Positions 29,968-39,935 of a stretch of 64,000 bases of DNA are shown here, in pieces. How positions within the stretch are numbered: the first letter of the stretch is position 1; every line of letters starts with the position of its first letter. Origin of the DNA: a virus (taxonomy: Duplodnaviria; Caudoviricetes); IMG/VR virus record IMGVR_UViG_2840904412_000002, positions 9,071 through 73,070 of that record; one strand, 5' to 3'. The notes under the pieces were generated by a model. That model saw nothing but the letters and a program-made list of their open reading frames with translations. It had not been told where the DNA came from and made no database searches. The position numbers and the translations under genes were made by a program.

Positions 29968-30339
29968 TTACTTAATATCTTTAATTAACTCTTTAATGAG
30001 TTGTAATGTAGGTTCTTGGTCTACATCTACAACTAATGTATCTAACTTTTCTAGTGCTTTTTCTTTTATATATTTATTTTCTTTTGAGGGCTCTACAAGC
30101 TCTATAATCTTATCTAACTTATCTGATAAAATATGGTTATTTTGATTTGTTATTTCACAAAAATCACCTAAGATAAATCTATTTACATAATCAGTCTCTT
30201 TACTAACACCATAGATATAGCCTAACATTCTACTATTATCATTAGTTGTTCTTCTAGTAGATTCTAAAGATGTGTATAATTCTTTAACTTTGTAAAATGT
30301 GTCGAATATATATTTAGCATATGTTTCGTTAAACTTCAT
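29968..30339 (-). CDS. hypothetical protein
   Basis: 123 aa. Confidence 0.55.
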   Translation of the reverse strand: MKFNETYAKYIFDTFYKVKELYTSLESTRRTTNDNSRMLGYIYGVSKETDYVNRFILGDFCEITNQNNHILSDKLDKIIELVEPSKENKYIKEKALEKLDTLVVDVDQEPTLQLIKELIKDIK

Positions 30340-30411
30340 ATAAAAATTCCTTTCTTGGTACTATAATATTAACTCTATCCCCTGATACTGAATCAATATA
30401 CTTAATATTTT

Positions 30412-30594
30412 TCACTCTAGCTCCTCCAGTTTTTCCATCAATGTCCTATTCCAACCTATCAATCTTTTATTTTGTTCTTCTAATAACTTCATTTTTTTAA
30501 TGTTACTATTTAATAAAAATTGTTTATTTTTATAAAGTAACTCGATTAACTTTAATTCTTTGAGTCTTTCTTCCTCTATATACACTTTTCCCAT
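30412..30594 (-). CDS. small coiled-coil protein
   Basis: 60 aa. Confidence 0.5.
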   Translation of the reverse strand: MGKVYIEEERLKELKLIELLYKNKQFLLNSNIKKMKLLEEQNKRLIGWNRTLMEKLEELE

Positions 30595-30601
30595 ATTATC
30601 C

Positions 30602-31159
30602 CTACTTTAGTTTCTTTATAGTATCTATTACTTTCCTTGTACTTCTAACATCAGCATTCTTTAAATTATTTAATAGAAAATTTAATTTATTTACATAGCT
30701 GTCTACTGTAGAAATAAAAACATCTTCCGTATCATTATACTCTGAACGCATTTCTAAGAATATAGTTATAGTGTTTTTATCTGAGCTGTGAACGTCAGTT
30801 ATAATAGTATCTAAAGGGTAAGAATTTTTGTCTACACTGAATACTTCGTATGGCTCATTGTTTATTAGATTATTATAGACAAAATGTCCGTTATTCCTTT
30901 TAATTTCTATCCAAGAACTGTATTTGATGTATCTTTGCTCTTTAATAAAATCTTCTTTAGTTATTTCATTAATCTCCCAAATGAACAATTCGTCATATAC
31001 TTCTAAATCATAGTTTGATTGTATATATTCTAATTCTTCTAGGTTAGTAGAATATCCAAGTATTTCAGTATTACTTGTGGTATAGTCTATATACTCATCC
31101 CAACCACAATGTGTAGTTGTACACTCCGTTTGCTTTATTAGTGCATATAGTTTTGTCAT
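30602..31159 (-). CDS. hypothetical protein
   Basis: RBS AGGAGGAGG before ATG at 31159. Confidence 0.6.
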   Translation of the reverse strand: MTKLYALIKQTECTTTHCGWDEYIDYTTSNTEILGYSTNLEELEYIQSNYDLEVYDELFIWEINEITKEDFIKEQRYIKYSSWIEIKRNNGHFVYNNLINNEPYEVFSVDKNSYPLDTIITDVHSSDKNTITIFLEMRSEYNDTEDVFISTVDSYVNKLNFLLNNLKNADVRSTRKVIDTIKKLK

Positions 31160-31497
31160 AATAACCTCCTCCTTAAACATATTATACAATAAAAAAGAAC
31201 CTGTGTCAACAAGTTCTTTAAGATTAATCCTATTAACTTTTTTACTAAATTGATTATATACTCAGTATATCCGATTACTTCTTATTTTCTTTTTCAATCA
31301 TTTCCATTCTGTCATGCAACATTCTGAAAAACTGGTATCTGTATCTGTCCGTTAAAGCATATTTATCCATGCGTTCCAATACCTCACGATACAATTGTTT
31401 CCACATATTTTCATATCCCATTATTTTCACATCCTATTATTTGTATTGCCTACATACTTTGGGTACACATCAATAATTATACCCATATATTTACCTA

Positions 31498-31713
31498 CTA
31501 AAGCTCAACATAAGGTGTCAACATTTTAATAGTGGCTACTACCTTATCTACGTCATCACTAAAAATATACTGGTCATCTTCATAATGTTTGTACCCTTCT
31601 TTTAACAAAGAATACTCTGCTTCGTTTAGGGTGTGAAAAAATGAGTCATCTGTCGTAAAATCTTTCTCACCACCCCAGTCATAAATTCTATACTCAATAA
31701 TATAAAATCTCAT
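31498..31713 (-). CDS. hypothetical protein
   Basis: 71 aa, RBS GAAAGGA. Confidence 0.55.
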   Translation of the reverse strand: MRFYIIEYRIYDWGGEKDFTTDDSFFHTLNEAEYSLLKEGYKHYEDDQYIFSDDVDKVVATIKMLTPYVEL

Positions 31714-31991
31714 AATATTCTGTCCTTTCTTGTTACAACTAACTAACCGGAATTTTCGGAAGGTTTTTTAGTAATTTTCTAGTAGGCTTTCGAGCTTTCG
31801 AGTAACTTATTACACCAATAGTAAATTTTAAATTAACTGCAAGTTTAAATAAAAAATATTATTTATATTATAATCGTTAGCAAAAGCAACATCACCGTTG
31901 TAAACTGGTCTGTTTTGACATTTTTCTTTACCTTTAAAATAATCTTCTTCTTATATCCTCACGGTCTCTATGATAGAGCCTTTATCTACTT

Positions 31992-32477
31992 TTACAATTC
32001 CGTTATATTCTGTGTATAAATAGAACTCATGTCCAATTCCATCTTCTTTTTGTATGCTGTAATTAGTTGGTCGATAGTGTAGTATTGTTCTGCAATATCA
32101 AAAGTTATCGGAATCTGATTGTTATAATAATCAATACTAGCCAAATTATCTAAAATACTTCCTGCACTTAATTCAGTGAATGAGCCGTTAAAACTACCTA
32201 TTTTGTCTACCAATACCCATTCGTCAATACCCTTTTGATTCGCAATACTCAGTCCAAACGCTAACAAGTCTGCTAGTTCATCTAACTGAACCTCTAACGG
32301 TTTACCTCGTTTCTTTTTCCAATTTTTAAACGTTTCTAATGTGTTGAACCATTCGAAAAACTTCACCACGTAAGAAATTCTGCTATCTTGTAAATTAAGT
32401 GTCGGAATTCTATCATCAAATTCCTTTTGCATTTTTAGTAACTCTTGTAATTGTTCTACTGTTAGTTTATTAGTCAT
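31992..32477 (-). CDS. dut: dimeric (all-alpha) dUTPase of temperate staphylococcal phage type, possibly inactive
   Basis: MQKEFDDRIPTLN, FEWFNTLETFKNWKK, QLDELADLLAFGLS; usual C-terminal NHERQ motif missing. Confidence 0.75.
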   Translation of the reverse strand: MTNKLTVEQLQELLKMQKEFDDRIPTLNLQDSRISYVVKFFEWFNTLETFKNWKKKRGKPLEVQLDELADLLAFGLSIANQKGIDEWVLVDKIGSFNGSFTELSAGSILDNLASIDYYNNQIPITFDIAEQYYTIDQLITAYKKKMELDMSSIYTQNITEL

Positions 32478-32495
32478 TGTTTGCGTCCTCCTGTT

Positions 32496-32867
32496 TTAAT
32501 TGTTAATTAATCCAAATAATCTATTAATATCTTCATGAGTATGCCCGTCCCATTTTGGTGCTTTTTCTACTTCCTTAACATTGTAAATATCCCAATACTC
32601 TAAATCATAGTGGTATGTGTAATGTCCTTGTGGAGTTGTAATACCAACAATAAACATTCCGTCAAACATTGTTCCATCATCATGTTGTTTAGATTTCCAT
32701 GCTTTTTCCTTATGTGTATTTAAAATTACTGCGAACAACACAGCTCTATCATGATAGAGTTGACCAAAAGTGTGGTGACCGTCTGAAATTTCCTCTGTGC
32801 TGATTATATTTTTTTCCTTTAATTGTTGAATTTGAATGTTTAAATTATTAATAGTAAAATCCTTCAT
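32496..32867 (-). CDS. WDGH-motif phage protein
   Basis: SDGHHTFGQLYHDR...APKWDGHT. Confidence 0.65.
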   Translation of the reverse strand: MKDFTINNLNIQIQQLKEKNIISTEEISDGHHTFGQLYHDRAVLFAVILNTHKEKAWKSKQHDDGTMFDGMFIVGITTPQGHYTYHYDLEYWDIYNVKEVEKAPKWDGHTHEDINRLFGLINN

Positions 32868-33079
32868 CTACTCGTCCCCCTCTTTATTTATAAGCCAATA
32901 CGTATAATCTAATCCGTAATGTTTTGCAACATACTCAGACAGGACAGCAACGTTACGTCTTAATTTAGTGTTCTGTTTGCGTATCCTTATATAATCTGAA
33001 ATAATAGCTCCACTTAAAAGAAGTGCTAACACATATAAAACTGTCATTTACTCGTCCTCCTCAAACTTTTCTTTTAATT

Positions 33080-33394
33080 TTAAATATGTTTTGTACTCTT
33101 GTTCTTTCCGGTATTTTTGAGACTTGTTGTTGTTTTTTCAATAATATTATGTTCAACTAATTTGTCCATAACATATAATAAGCTATCATATTCTTTTTTT
33201 GCTTCTTCATACCTCATAGAATTCATTGTTGCTACTCTGTCTATACCAGAAATACTATACTCGTCCCAACGCTGTAAAACGTCAATTAAAAACGAAGCAA
33301 GTTTTTCAATCTCATCAAAAATACAGTCATCATTTTCTTTGATACCATATTTACTATTCATTAAGTCTGAATTTATTTCACTCATAATAGTCAC
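33080..33394 (-). CDS. hypothetical protein
   Basis: 104 aa ORF in operon. Confidence 0.5.
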   Translation of the reverse strand: MTIMSEINSDLMNSKYGIKENDDCIFDEIEKLASFLIDVLQRWDEYSISGIDRVATMNSMRYEEAKKEYDSLLYVMDKLVEHNIIEKTTTSLKNTGKNKSTKHI

Positions 33395-33632
33395 ATTCCT
33401 TCATTTTTCTAATTAATTCTTCTGTGTTACTATTACCATCATATCTTTCATACGCATAATGACTAAATTGTGACACAAAAACTTTCATATGATGCTTACA
33501 CAAGTCGATAGGACAATACATCTCTGCATATACTTCACCATTTAAATATGTTACTTCGTAAAACTCTCCATCTGCTTTGTTACCGCAAATATCACATACT
33601 ACCTCTTGTACTTCTTTGGTTACCTGTGCCAT
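33378..33632 (-). CDS. zinc-binding hypothetical protein
   Basis: CDICG...DLCKHH. Confidence 0.55.
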   Translation of the reverse strand: MAQVTKEVQEVVCDICGNKADGEFYEVTYLNGEVYAEMYCPIDLCKHHMKVFVSQFSHYAYERYDGNSNTEELIRKMKECDYYE

Positions 33633-33688
33633 AAGAGCCCTCCTATAAAAATTTTATTTAATTTATTTTTTTAATTTAATAAAATAAC

Positions 33689-34093
33689 TTACTTAATCAA
33701 CTCCCCGTTTTTCCAAATTAACGTTAGCGTCCCATCATCATTTATAAGGTATAATGTTTTAGTAGTAATATTTTCTTCAAGGTCAGATTTTCCTAGTAGG
33801 CTTTTTATAGTACTTCTCTTTTGAGGTAAAAAAACTAATTCTCCCTCAAACTCATACACTTCTAATAACAAAGGAATAACCGTTCTCTCCGTGATTTCTT
33901 CTTCCGCTTCGACGGTGAAAGTGTCCCAATGAAAGATGGGTACCATGGTGTTGAACGAGACGTCGCTATAAAACTTCACTGCCCTTCCATAATTTGATGT
34001 GAAAGTTTCACCTTTCACATTATTCTCTCGAGCCCATTGAATTAACTGATGTAGGTTCATTTCCTTCTTAACTTTAATTTTCAATATAAACAC
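33689..34093 (-). CDS. temperate-staphylophage-type protein (paralog of 35131-35526)
   Basis: KVKKEMNLHQLIQWA...TFTVE.EEEITE...TLIWKNGEL. Confidence 0.65.
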   Translation of the reverse strand: MFILKIKVKKEMNLHQLIQWARENNVKGETFTSNYGRAVKFYSDVSFNTMVPIFHWDTFTVEAEEEITERTVIPLLLEVYEFEGELVFLPQKRSTIKSLLGKSDLEENITTKTLYLINDDGTLTLIWKNGELIK

Positions 34094-34104
34094 TCCTTAA
34101 GTAG

Positions 34105-34428
34105 TTATTTCTTCTTACGTTTTTTAATACTATATTTTATGTTTAATGTCTTATTAACTTGCTTAAGTTGAAGATATACTTCTTTCCAGTTTACTAAGTA
34201 TTGATAAGACATATCTTCGTCAATCATAAATGATACAGGGTCTTTAAAATAGTCATCTAGTTCATTACTCTCTAATACACTAAATGGGACATCTTCTAAA
34301 CCCATTTTTCTTTGTAAAAACTTGAAGTAATTTTCAAAATAGTCTTTCTTTTTAAGTTCATATTTATCAATTTTTTTCTTCACTTTTGTAAATAGTTTTT
34401 GTAATTTTTTACGTTCTTCTTTCTTCAT
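34105..34428 (-). CDS. basic hypothetical protein
   Basis: RBS AGGAGG, promoter. Confidence 0.55.
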   Translation of the reverse strand: MKKEERKKLQKLFTKVKKKIDKYELKKKDYFENYFKFLQRKMGLEDVPFSVLESNELDDYFKDPVSFMIDEDMSYQYLVNWKEVYLQLKQVNKTLNIKYSIKKRKKK

Positions 34429-34571
34429 TTTTTTAAACCTCCTATTTGTTTATACATTAAGTATAGCAGGTAAGAATGTATAAGTCAACACACAAGAGGA
34501 ACTTTTTTTAATATTTTATGTTTTTAAATGCTTCTTTAAGTTCTACGAATCCGTCTTAACTTTAATTTTCA

Positions 34572-34787
34572 TCATCGTTCCTCCTCATATTCAATCTTTG
34601 ATGGTACCGCATTGTTAAAATGTATAATGTTTCCATTCTCCAACTTAATATCTATTCCATTGTTTTCGTGGAGCTCAATACCTACTACTTTTTCATTATT
34701 GGTGTAATGACCATACGGTGATAACCCCACTTCGTAAACTTCGTCTTTGTAAGGTAATTGTACTGAGTACGATATAATCTTCATCAT
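34572..34787 (-). CDS. hypothetical protein
   Basis: MMKIISYSV start overlapping the YopX-family stop. Confidence 0.5.
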   Translation of the reverse strand: MMKIISYSVQLPYKDEVYEVGLSPYGHYTNNEKVVGIELHENNGIDIKLENGNIIHFNNAVPSKIEYEEER

Positions 34788-35134
34788 CGTTCCCCCTCTA
34801 ACAATTCTTTGGTTTCGTAAATATTCCCAACAACCTCTAAAAGTTCTATTCTCTCGAATAAATCTTCCACATAGATATCCCACTCAATAATTGTTTTAGC
34901 TTCTTCAATTCGAACTACACCATATTCTTCATCCATGTCGTCCCACACAATATCACCTTGATACACATCGACAATATGCTTGTCAGTCAATCCTGTTGAC
35001 TGCATTAAAGCAACCTCATCAAAACCTCTAAATGCACCACTTTCTAGCTCTACATATTTATCAAAAAAGCTGATTTCACGAACATCTGACATTAGATTCT
35101 CAGTTTTATCCCATGCTCTAAATTTGGGTATCAT
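34784..35134 (-). CDS. YopX-family protein
   Basis: MIPKFRAWDK...LMQSTGLTDK...YQGDIV...LEVVGNIYE. Confidence 0.8.
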   Translation of the reverse strand: MIPKFRAWDKTENLMSDVREISFFDKYVELESGAFRGFDEVALMQSTGLTDKHIVDVYQGDIVWDDMDEEYGVVRIEEAKTIIEWDIYVEDLFERIELLEVVGNIYETKELLEGER

Positions 35135-35526
35135 TCCACCATCTCCCCATCTTCCCAAATAAGCGCCATTGTGTAGTCGTCGTTTAATATATAAAAGGCT
35201 TTTGGTAACGTATCTACGCCTTTTACAACTTCTCCTATAGCCTCTCTTATCGACGTTTTATAGTGCGTGTGTATAATTTGCCCGTAACCACTTACAAACA
35301 ACTCAATAAGGGTTGGTATTTTTGTATCCTCTGTAATTTTTTCCTCGACCTCTACTGTGAAAGTTTCGTCGGGTTCTATTAAGTCAGAGTGGCAGAATCC
35401 GTCACGGTCAAAATCCACTTCTCCACCGCAAGTCCCTGTAAAACTTCTATTCTTAACATCGTTATCCCACACCCACTCAATTAACTGTGGTAACGTCATT
35501 TCCTTTTTAACTGTAATATACGGCAT
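35131..35526 (-). CDS. temperate-staphylophage-type protein (paralog of 33689-34093)
   Basis: TVKKEMTLPQLIEW...ALIWEDGEMV. Confidence 0.65.
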   Translation of the reverse strand: MPYITVKKEMTLPQLIEWVWDNDVKNRSFTGTCGGEVDFDRDGFCHSDLIEPDETFTVEVEEKITEDTKIPTLIELFVSGYGQIIHTHYKTSIREAIGEVVKGVDTLPKAFYILNDDYTMALIWEDGEMVE

Positions 35527-35550
35527 AATTACCCCTCCTTACATGTATAA

Positions 35551-36285
35551 TTATTTATTGTAAAAGTCTACAAGAAATTTTACCGTTTTATTTTTTAAGG
35601 TCTTTTCTACTACTTCCATAGTTTCTTTACTAATTTTAATACTATCCTCATTAGATTTAATTTTATCTTTTATTTCTTGTATTAAAGGCTCTACTTTATT
35701 AACTAAATATTTTTTACTTTCTATACTTACATCTCTTCTTTTATGGTTTATTATCTCTTTTGGTATATACTTGACTTTTGCAAAGTCTGTATGACTTACC
35801 TTTACACTATCTAAGTCATCTAATAGACAATTATAATATTCTAAATGACTATAAAATGTGTAAAACCTAACAAGGTCTTTCCCAGACAGATTTTCTTTTT
35901 TTAATACGTTATTGATATTACCTATAACAGAATAAGCTATAGTTTTAAAGTTAGCCTTAATGTAAGATGTAAATATAACATCATCATAAAATAAACTTAA
36001 TACCTGCGTGTTAAATGCAGTGTTTTTAGCTTGTTCTAGTTGAGCGCATAGATTAAGAACATTATCAAAACCACTCTTTAATATCAAAGAAATAAATCTT
36101 TCCACCGCATAATACCTTGATTCTTCCGTATGTTTACTTGCTTTTTCATTGTTCCTAAAAATAGTATCAGATAAAGGCTGTACTACTAAACTCATATAGT
36201 CTTTGTCCGAATACTCGTCAGATGTTCCTTGGTAAGTACTTCCGAATTCTATTGTAGATAGTACAAAACTTCTTTCTAGGTTCAT
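35551..36285 (-). CDS. nucleotidyltransferase (pol-beta superfamily)
   Basis: FGSTYQGTSDEYSDKDY = GS...DxD motif. Confidence 0.7.
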   Translation of the reverse strand: MNLERSFVLSTIEFGSTYQGTSDEYSDKDYMSLVVQPLSDTIFRNNEKASKHTEESRYYAVERFISLILKSGFDNVLNLCAQLEQAKNTAFNTQVLSLFYDDVIFTSYIKANFKTIAYSVIGNINNVLKKENLSGKDLVRFYTFYSHLEYYNCLLDDLDSVKVSHTDFAKVKYIPKEIINHKRRDVSIESKKYLVNKVEPLIQEIKDKIKSNEDSIKISKETMEVVEKTLKNKTVKFLVDFYNK

Positions 36286-36464
36286 TATATCACCTTACCT
36301 TATTTGTTAGTATAATCTTATCTTACTACACAAATTTATTAATGTCAACATCTAATTTATAACATGTTGTGTTATTACTGCAATCAGTATACACTACCTT
36401 TTCTATTTTGTCAACAAAAAAAGTACCTACAAATTAATGTAGATACTTATACTATAATTATAGA

Positions 36465-36665
36465 TTTTAAGGCGTGTACATGAAGGGTAACTCATGTAGG
36501 GTTTAGTAGTAAGATATAAAGCGCCTACCACGCAACATACAACGCCTCTTGTATGTTATTATATACGTACTGGAAGAAGTTACCAGTAGGAACCTACAGG
36601 CATATACAAAGCCTATGCCAGGCAATATACGGTATATCTCGTATATCAGGTATAATACCTTATAG
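36465..36665 (-). ncRNA. candidate multi-hairpin ncRNA downstream of tRNA-Met
   Basis: about six consecutive hairpins, no ORF, terminator at ~36415-36448. Confidence 0.45.
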
Positions 36666-36766
36666 TTATTATCTTGTAACCTATAACTTCCGATAATTAG
36701 GGTTTTATAATAACTACTGTATAAGTAACTATAACCTATAAGTTTTTTGTATACTAGGGACTATAA

Positions 36767-36838
36767 TGGACTCTGTAGGATTCGAACCTACACTCCAACG
36801 CTTATGAGGCGTTTGCTTTACCATTAAGCTAAGAGTCC
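36767..36838 (-). tRNA. tRNA-Met(CAT) (Ile2 not excluded)
   Basis: GGACTCT acceptor stem, D-loop, AACGC-CTCATAA-GCGTT anticodon arm, GGTTCGAATCC T-arm. Confidence 0.92.
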
Positions 36839-36936
36839 ATAAATTATCATGAGATAGGGCTTGAACCTTTAAGTAATTACTTTCAACACTTAACTATATA
36901 TAATGTAACATATTTTTAATAATAAGTCAAGTTATG

Positions 36937-37149
36937 TTAATAACTATAATATTTATCCATTTCTTCTTTATACATTTCTTGTAGTCCTCTAGTTATATGC
37001 TGTTTAGCTTCTTCTTTAGTTAAACAGCTTTTATCACTTACTTCTTTTAAATAATTATCTTTTTCTAACGTTAATATAACCTTTAATTGTTCATTAGTGG
37101 CTTTGTTAAGTTTTTGTTTTTCTGTATATAGCCAATTGTTAAAATTCAT
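36937..37149 (-). CDS. hypothetical protein
   Basis: 70 aa. Confidence 0.5.
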   Translation of the reverse strand: MNFNNWLYTEKQKLNKATNEQLKVILTLEKDNYLKEVSDKSCLTKEEAKQHITRGLQEMYKEEMDKYYSY

Positions 37150-37469
37150 AGAGTATCTTCCTCCAATTGAGCATTTGAATAATGATATAGGTCTTTACAA
37201 ATACTTTTTGCATAACAACGAATAGCATAATTACTGTCATCAATGTCTTGTAGGTACAGACTATGGACTAAATCATAAGCATAAAACAGTAAATGTTGTG
37301 TTTTTTTCTTACCATCTCTAACTTCAAAAATAATTGTGTCTAGGTTTTTAAGGTCTAGTATTTTAAATTCCTTAGTTGTATTCAGGTTTTTAGGGAATTT
37401 CATCCACCCATGCTCATACATGATTTCCACCGCATTACTGAATTGTCTTTTAGCTGTGTCTTTATTCAT
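37146..37469 (-). CDS. hypothetical protein
   Basis: promoter and RBS. Confidence 0.55.
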   Translation of the reverse strand: MNKDTAKRQFSNAVEIMYEHGWMKFPKNLNTTKEFKILDLKNLDTIIFEVRDGKKKTQHLLFYAYDLVHSLYLQDIDDSNYAIRCYAKSICKDLYHYSNAQLEEDTL

Positions 37470-37632
37470 AATAATCAATCCCTTTCTTAATTTCTATACT
37501 AAGTATACCAAATAAGAAAGGGATTGTCAACAATAATATTAAATTAATTAGGGTGTTTCTTTATACTATTTTAATAATAAGCTATACACTCTAATTCGTA
37601 CCCTTTAGTTGCGGAAGTATCTAAAAATACCT

Positions 37633-37926
37633 CTATAAAAATTTTTCTATAAATGTATCTATATCCTCTTTTGTAATGTCTTGTTGATGAAGTAAAGTTG
37701 TATTTACTTTTGTAAGTATCATGTCATACATATCCACTAAAGAATTATACTTTTTAAACTCTTCATAAGGTATAATAACGACATTAGTCTCTTTTATAAC
37801 TCTGGCTATATAGTAGTACTCTAATTTATCTTCCGAAGCATGAACTGTACTATTGTGGTCTATTACACCGTGAATAAGCTCACTAAATACCCTATTACAA
37901 AAGTAGGTAATTAAATCATTATTCAT
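37633..37926 (-). CDS. hypothetical protein
   Basis: 97 aa. Confidence 0.55.
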   Translation of the reverse strand: MNNDLITYFCNRVFSELIHGVIDHNSTVHASEDKLEYYYIARVIKETNVVIIPYEEFKKYNSLVDMYDMILTKVNTTLLHQQDITKEDIDTFIEKFL

Positions 37927-38320
37927 TGATTAGCTCTTCTTTAATTAAGTGTTGTTTAAGACGTTCTACATAGTTACAAATCTTTTCTACTTCTTTATCT
38001 TCATCATCTTTACGACCTAAGCGTACTACGTATTTAATGATGTTAAATAACAAAGCATCTTTAAATCCTTCTAAATGTTCTTCTGTAAAACTAATAACAT
38101 CTACTTTTGAATTATTAGAATAGTGTTCTGGTACTGTAATACTTGGTTCAATATTATATAATTCTACAAGTTCTTTGACATGTTGTTCTAGACTTTTAAA
38201 ATGTCTTTCATGTTGAGATACATTAGAACAATCCTCCACTATTAATGTTTTTAATTGTAGTAGTTCTTTACTATCTTTACCCGTAGATTGATACTTTTCA
38301 ATAAATTCTTTTGATTCCAT
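37919..38320 (-). CDS. DUF3310 (T7 gp1.7-like nucleotide kinase family) protein
   Basis: VPEHYS...DVISF...NIIKYVVRLGRKD. Confidence 0.7.
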   Translation of the reverse strand: MESKEFIEKYQSTGKDSKELLQLKTLIVEDCSNVSQHERHFKSLEQHVKELVELYNIEPSITVPEHYSNNSKVDVISFTEEHLEGFKDALLFNIIKYVVRLGRKDDEDKEVEKICNYVERLKQHLIKEELINE

Positions 38321-38470
38321 TTCATACCGTCCTCTCAAAATAAGTTACTTTATTTTACCATATATAATAAATAATGTCAAATAAAAAATGAGGAGCTACA
38401 AGAGCCCCTCACCAAAGGAAAGATTATGATGTTATGGAATGTATCTAGTTGATACATTTATAATATAACA

Positions 38471-38992
38471 TTAATCTAATCCGGTAGAACCGAAGCCTCC
38501 ACGGTCACTGTGATTTTCAAATTTATCTACTACTACTGGTTCGGGATACACTACGGGAGCAATTACTAATTGAGCAATCTTTTTACCTTTTTCAATTTTT
38601 TGCTTAGTGCTTCCGATATTATCTACCATAACTTTAATTTCTGAATTATATCCGAAATCTACAGTTCCAAACTGAACTCGTAAGTCTGTCTTTGCTGTAA
38701 TACCTGACTTAGGTCGTACTTGAGCTTCATAACCTATAGGTAAATTAATTGCAATACCTGTAGGAACTAATGCTCTACTACCTTCAAAGACACATGTTTG
38801 TGTGGTGTTATTGTCTTTTTTCTTACATAAAGCTCTACCAATACGTTGTAATACTTGTCTTAGAGATTTTCTACAAGGATTTAATTCAATATCCTCTACT
38901 GCATATAGGTCTAACCCGCTATCATAAATGTTAGCACGTACTGGTATTTTTGCATCATTATGTAACAATTTAATTTCTAATTTTTCCATCAT
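38471..38992 (-). CDS. dut: trimeric dUTPase with a ~30-aa insertion
   Basis: DSGLDL, VPTGIA, QVRPKSG, GTVDFGY, IAQLVI, RGGFGSTG. Confidence 0.9.
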   Translation of the reverse strand: MMEKLEIKLLHNDAKIPVRANIYDSGLDLYAVEDIELNPCRKSLRQVLQRIGRALCKKKDNNTTQTCVFEGSRALVPTGIAINLPIGYEAQVRPKSGITAKTDLRVQFGTVDFGYNSEIKVMVDNIGSTKQKIEKGKKIAQLVIAPVVYPEPVVVDKFENHSDRGGFGSTGLD

Positions 38993-39357
38993 AAGTCTCC
39001 TTAAGTAAAGTCTTTAATGTCATAATCAACTAGTACTACATCTTCAAAATAGTCGGAGTGCAATACTAAAGAGTTTTCTAATTTGTCTCTAATCTCTTGT
39101 GTTTCATCTCCATTTTCTAAGTTTACTCTTACTTTTGCTTTAATTGTGACAATGTAAGTCTCTTCCATTATTTAATTATTCCTTTCAATAAATAATATCT
39201 CTCTAGTATCTCCTTATATAGTTTAAGCATATCATTATCTAAATTTTTATCTTCTAAATATATAATAAGTTTTTCCACTTCATCTTCACTTAGTACGACT
39301 ACCTTTTCCATAACACCCCTCCTTACTTAGTTATCATAACATAAAAAAAGAACGCTG

Positions 39358-39609
39358 TCAAGCGTCCTCTTCATGTACTTCATATATAGTTTTTTTAATT
39401 ATACTTATAGGTTTATACCCCTTATATACTAATGATAGTACACGTTTACTATTCCTAAAGTTAATAGTATTTGGGAACGATAAAGCAGATGTCACATCAG
39501 AAGTATAATCCATAGGATTTCCTAAATAGTCTGTTGCTTTAATATACATACTTCCATCTTTAAATACTATAACTTTTTCGTTTTCTACTTCTGTTCTTTT
39601 AATAATCAT
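39358..39609 (-). CDS. hypothetical protein
   Basis: 83 aa. Confidence 0.5.
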   Translation of the reverse strand: MIIKRTEVENEKVIVFKDGSMYIKATDYLGNPMDYTSDVTSALSFPNTINFRNSKRVLSLVYKGYKPISIIKKTIYEVHEEDA

Positions 39610-39617
39610 AAAATCAC

Positions 39618-39935
39618 CTAATAACCTACTATTAGTTTACTGCCTACTGTTAGATTAATTTCTTTATTTAATTCTTCTATTTCTTTAACAGTAGTATTAT
39701 AGTCCTTTGCAATAGCTTTTAAGGTGTCCCCATGTTCAACTATATGTACAATAGGGTACCTATAAATAAGACAGTAGTCAATGCTAGTTAATGATACTGA
39801 TTTAATATTGTTAAGTTCTTGAAGTCTATCAATACATACACCATATTTCTTACTTAAAGTCCATAATGTTTCCCCTGGCTTTACTTTGTGATAAAATTTA
39901 TTATCAACTCTTTTTAAATCCTTTATTAAATCCAT
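39618..39935 (-). CDS. tandem LysM-domain protein
   Basis: HKVKPGETLWTLSKKYG and HIVEHGDTLKAIAKDYN. Confidence 0.85.
   Translation of the reverse strand: MDLIKDLKRVDNKFYHKVKPGETLWTLSKKYGVCIDRLQELNNIKSVSLTSIDYCLIYRYPIVHIVEHGDTLKAIAKDYNTTVKEIEELNKEINLTVGSKLIVGY

Noticed and set aside
36843-36890. Second tRNA-like T-arm (AGGTTCAAGCCCT on the - strand)
   Set aside because: No convincing acceptor, D or anticodon arms; at most a remnant.
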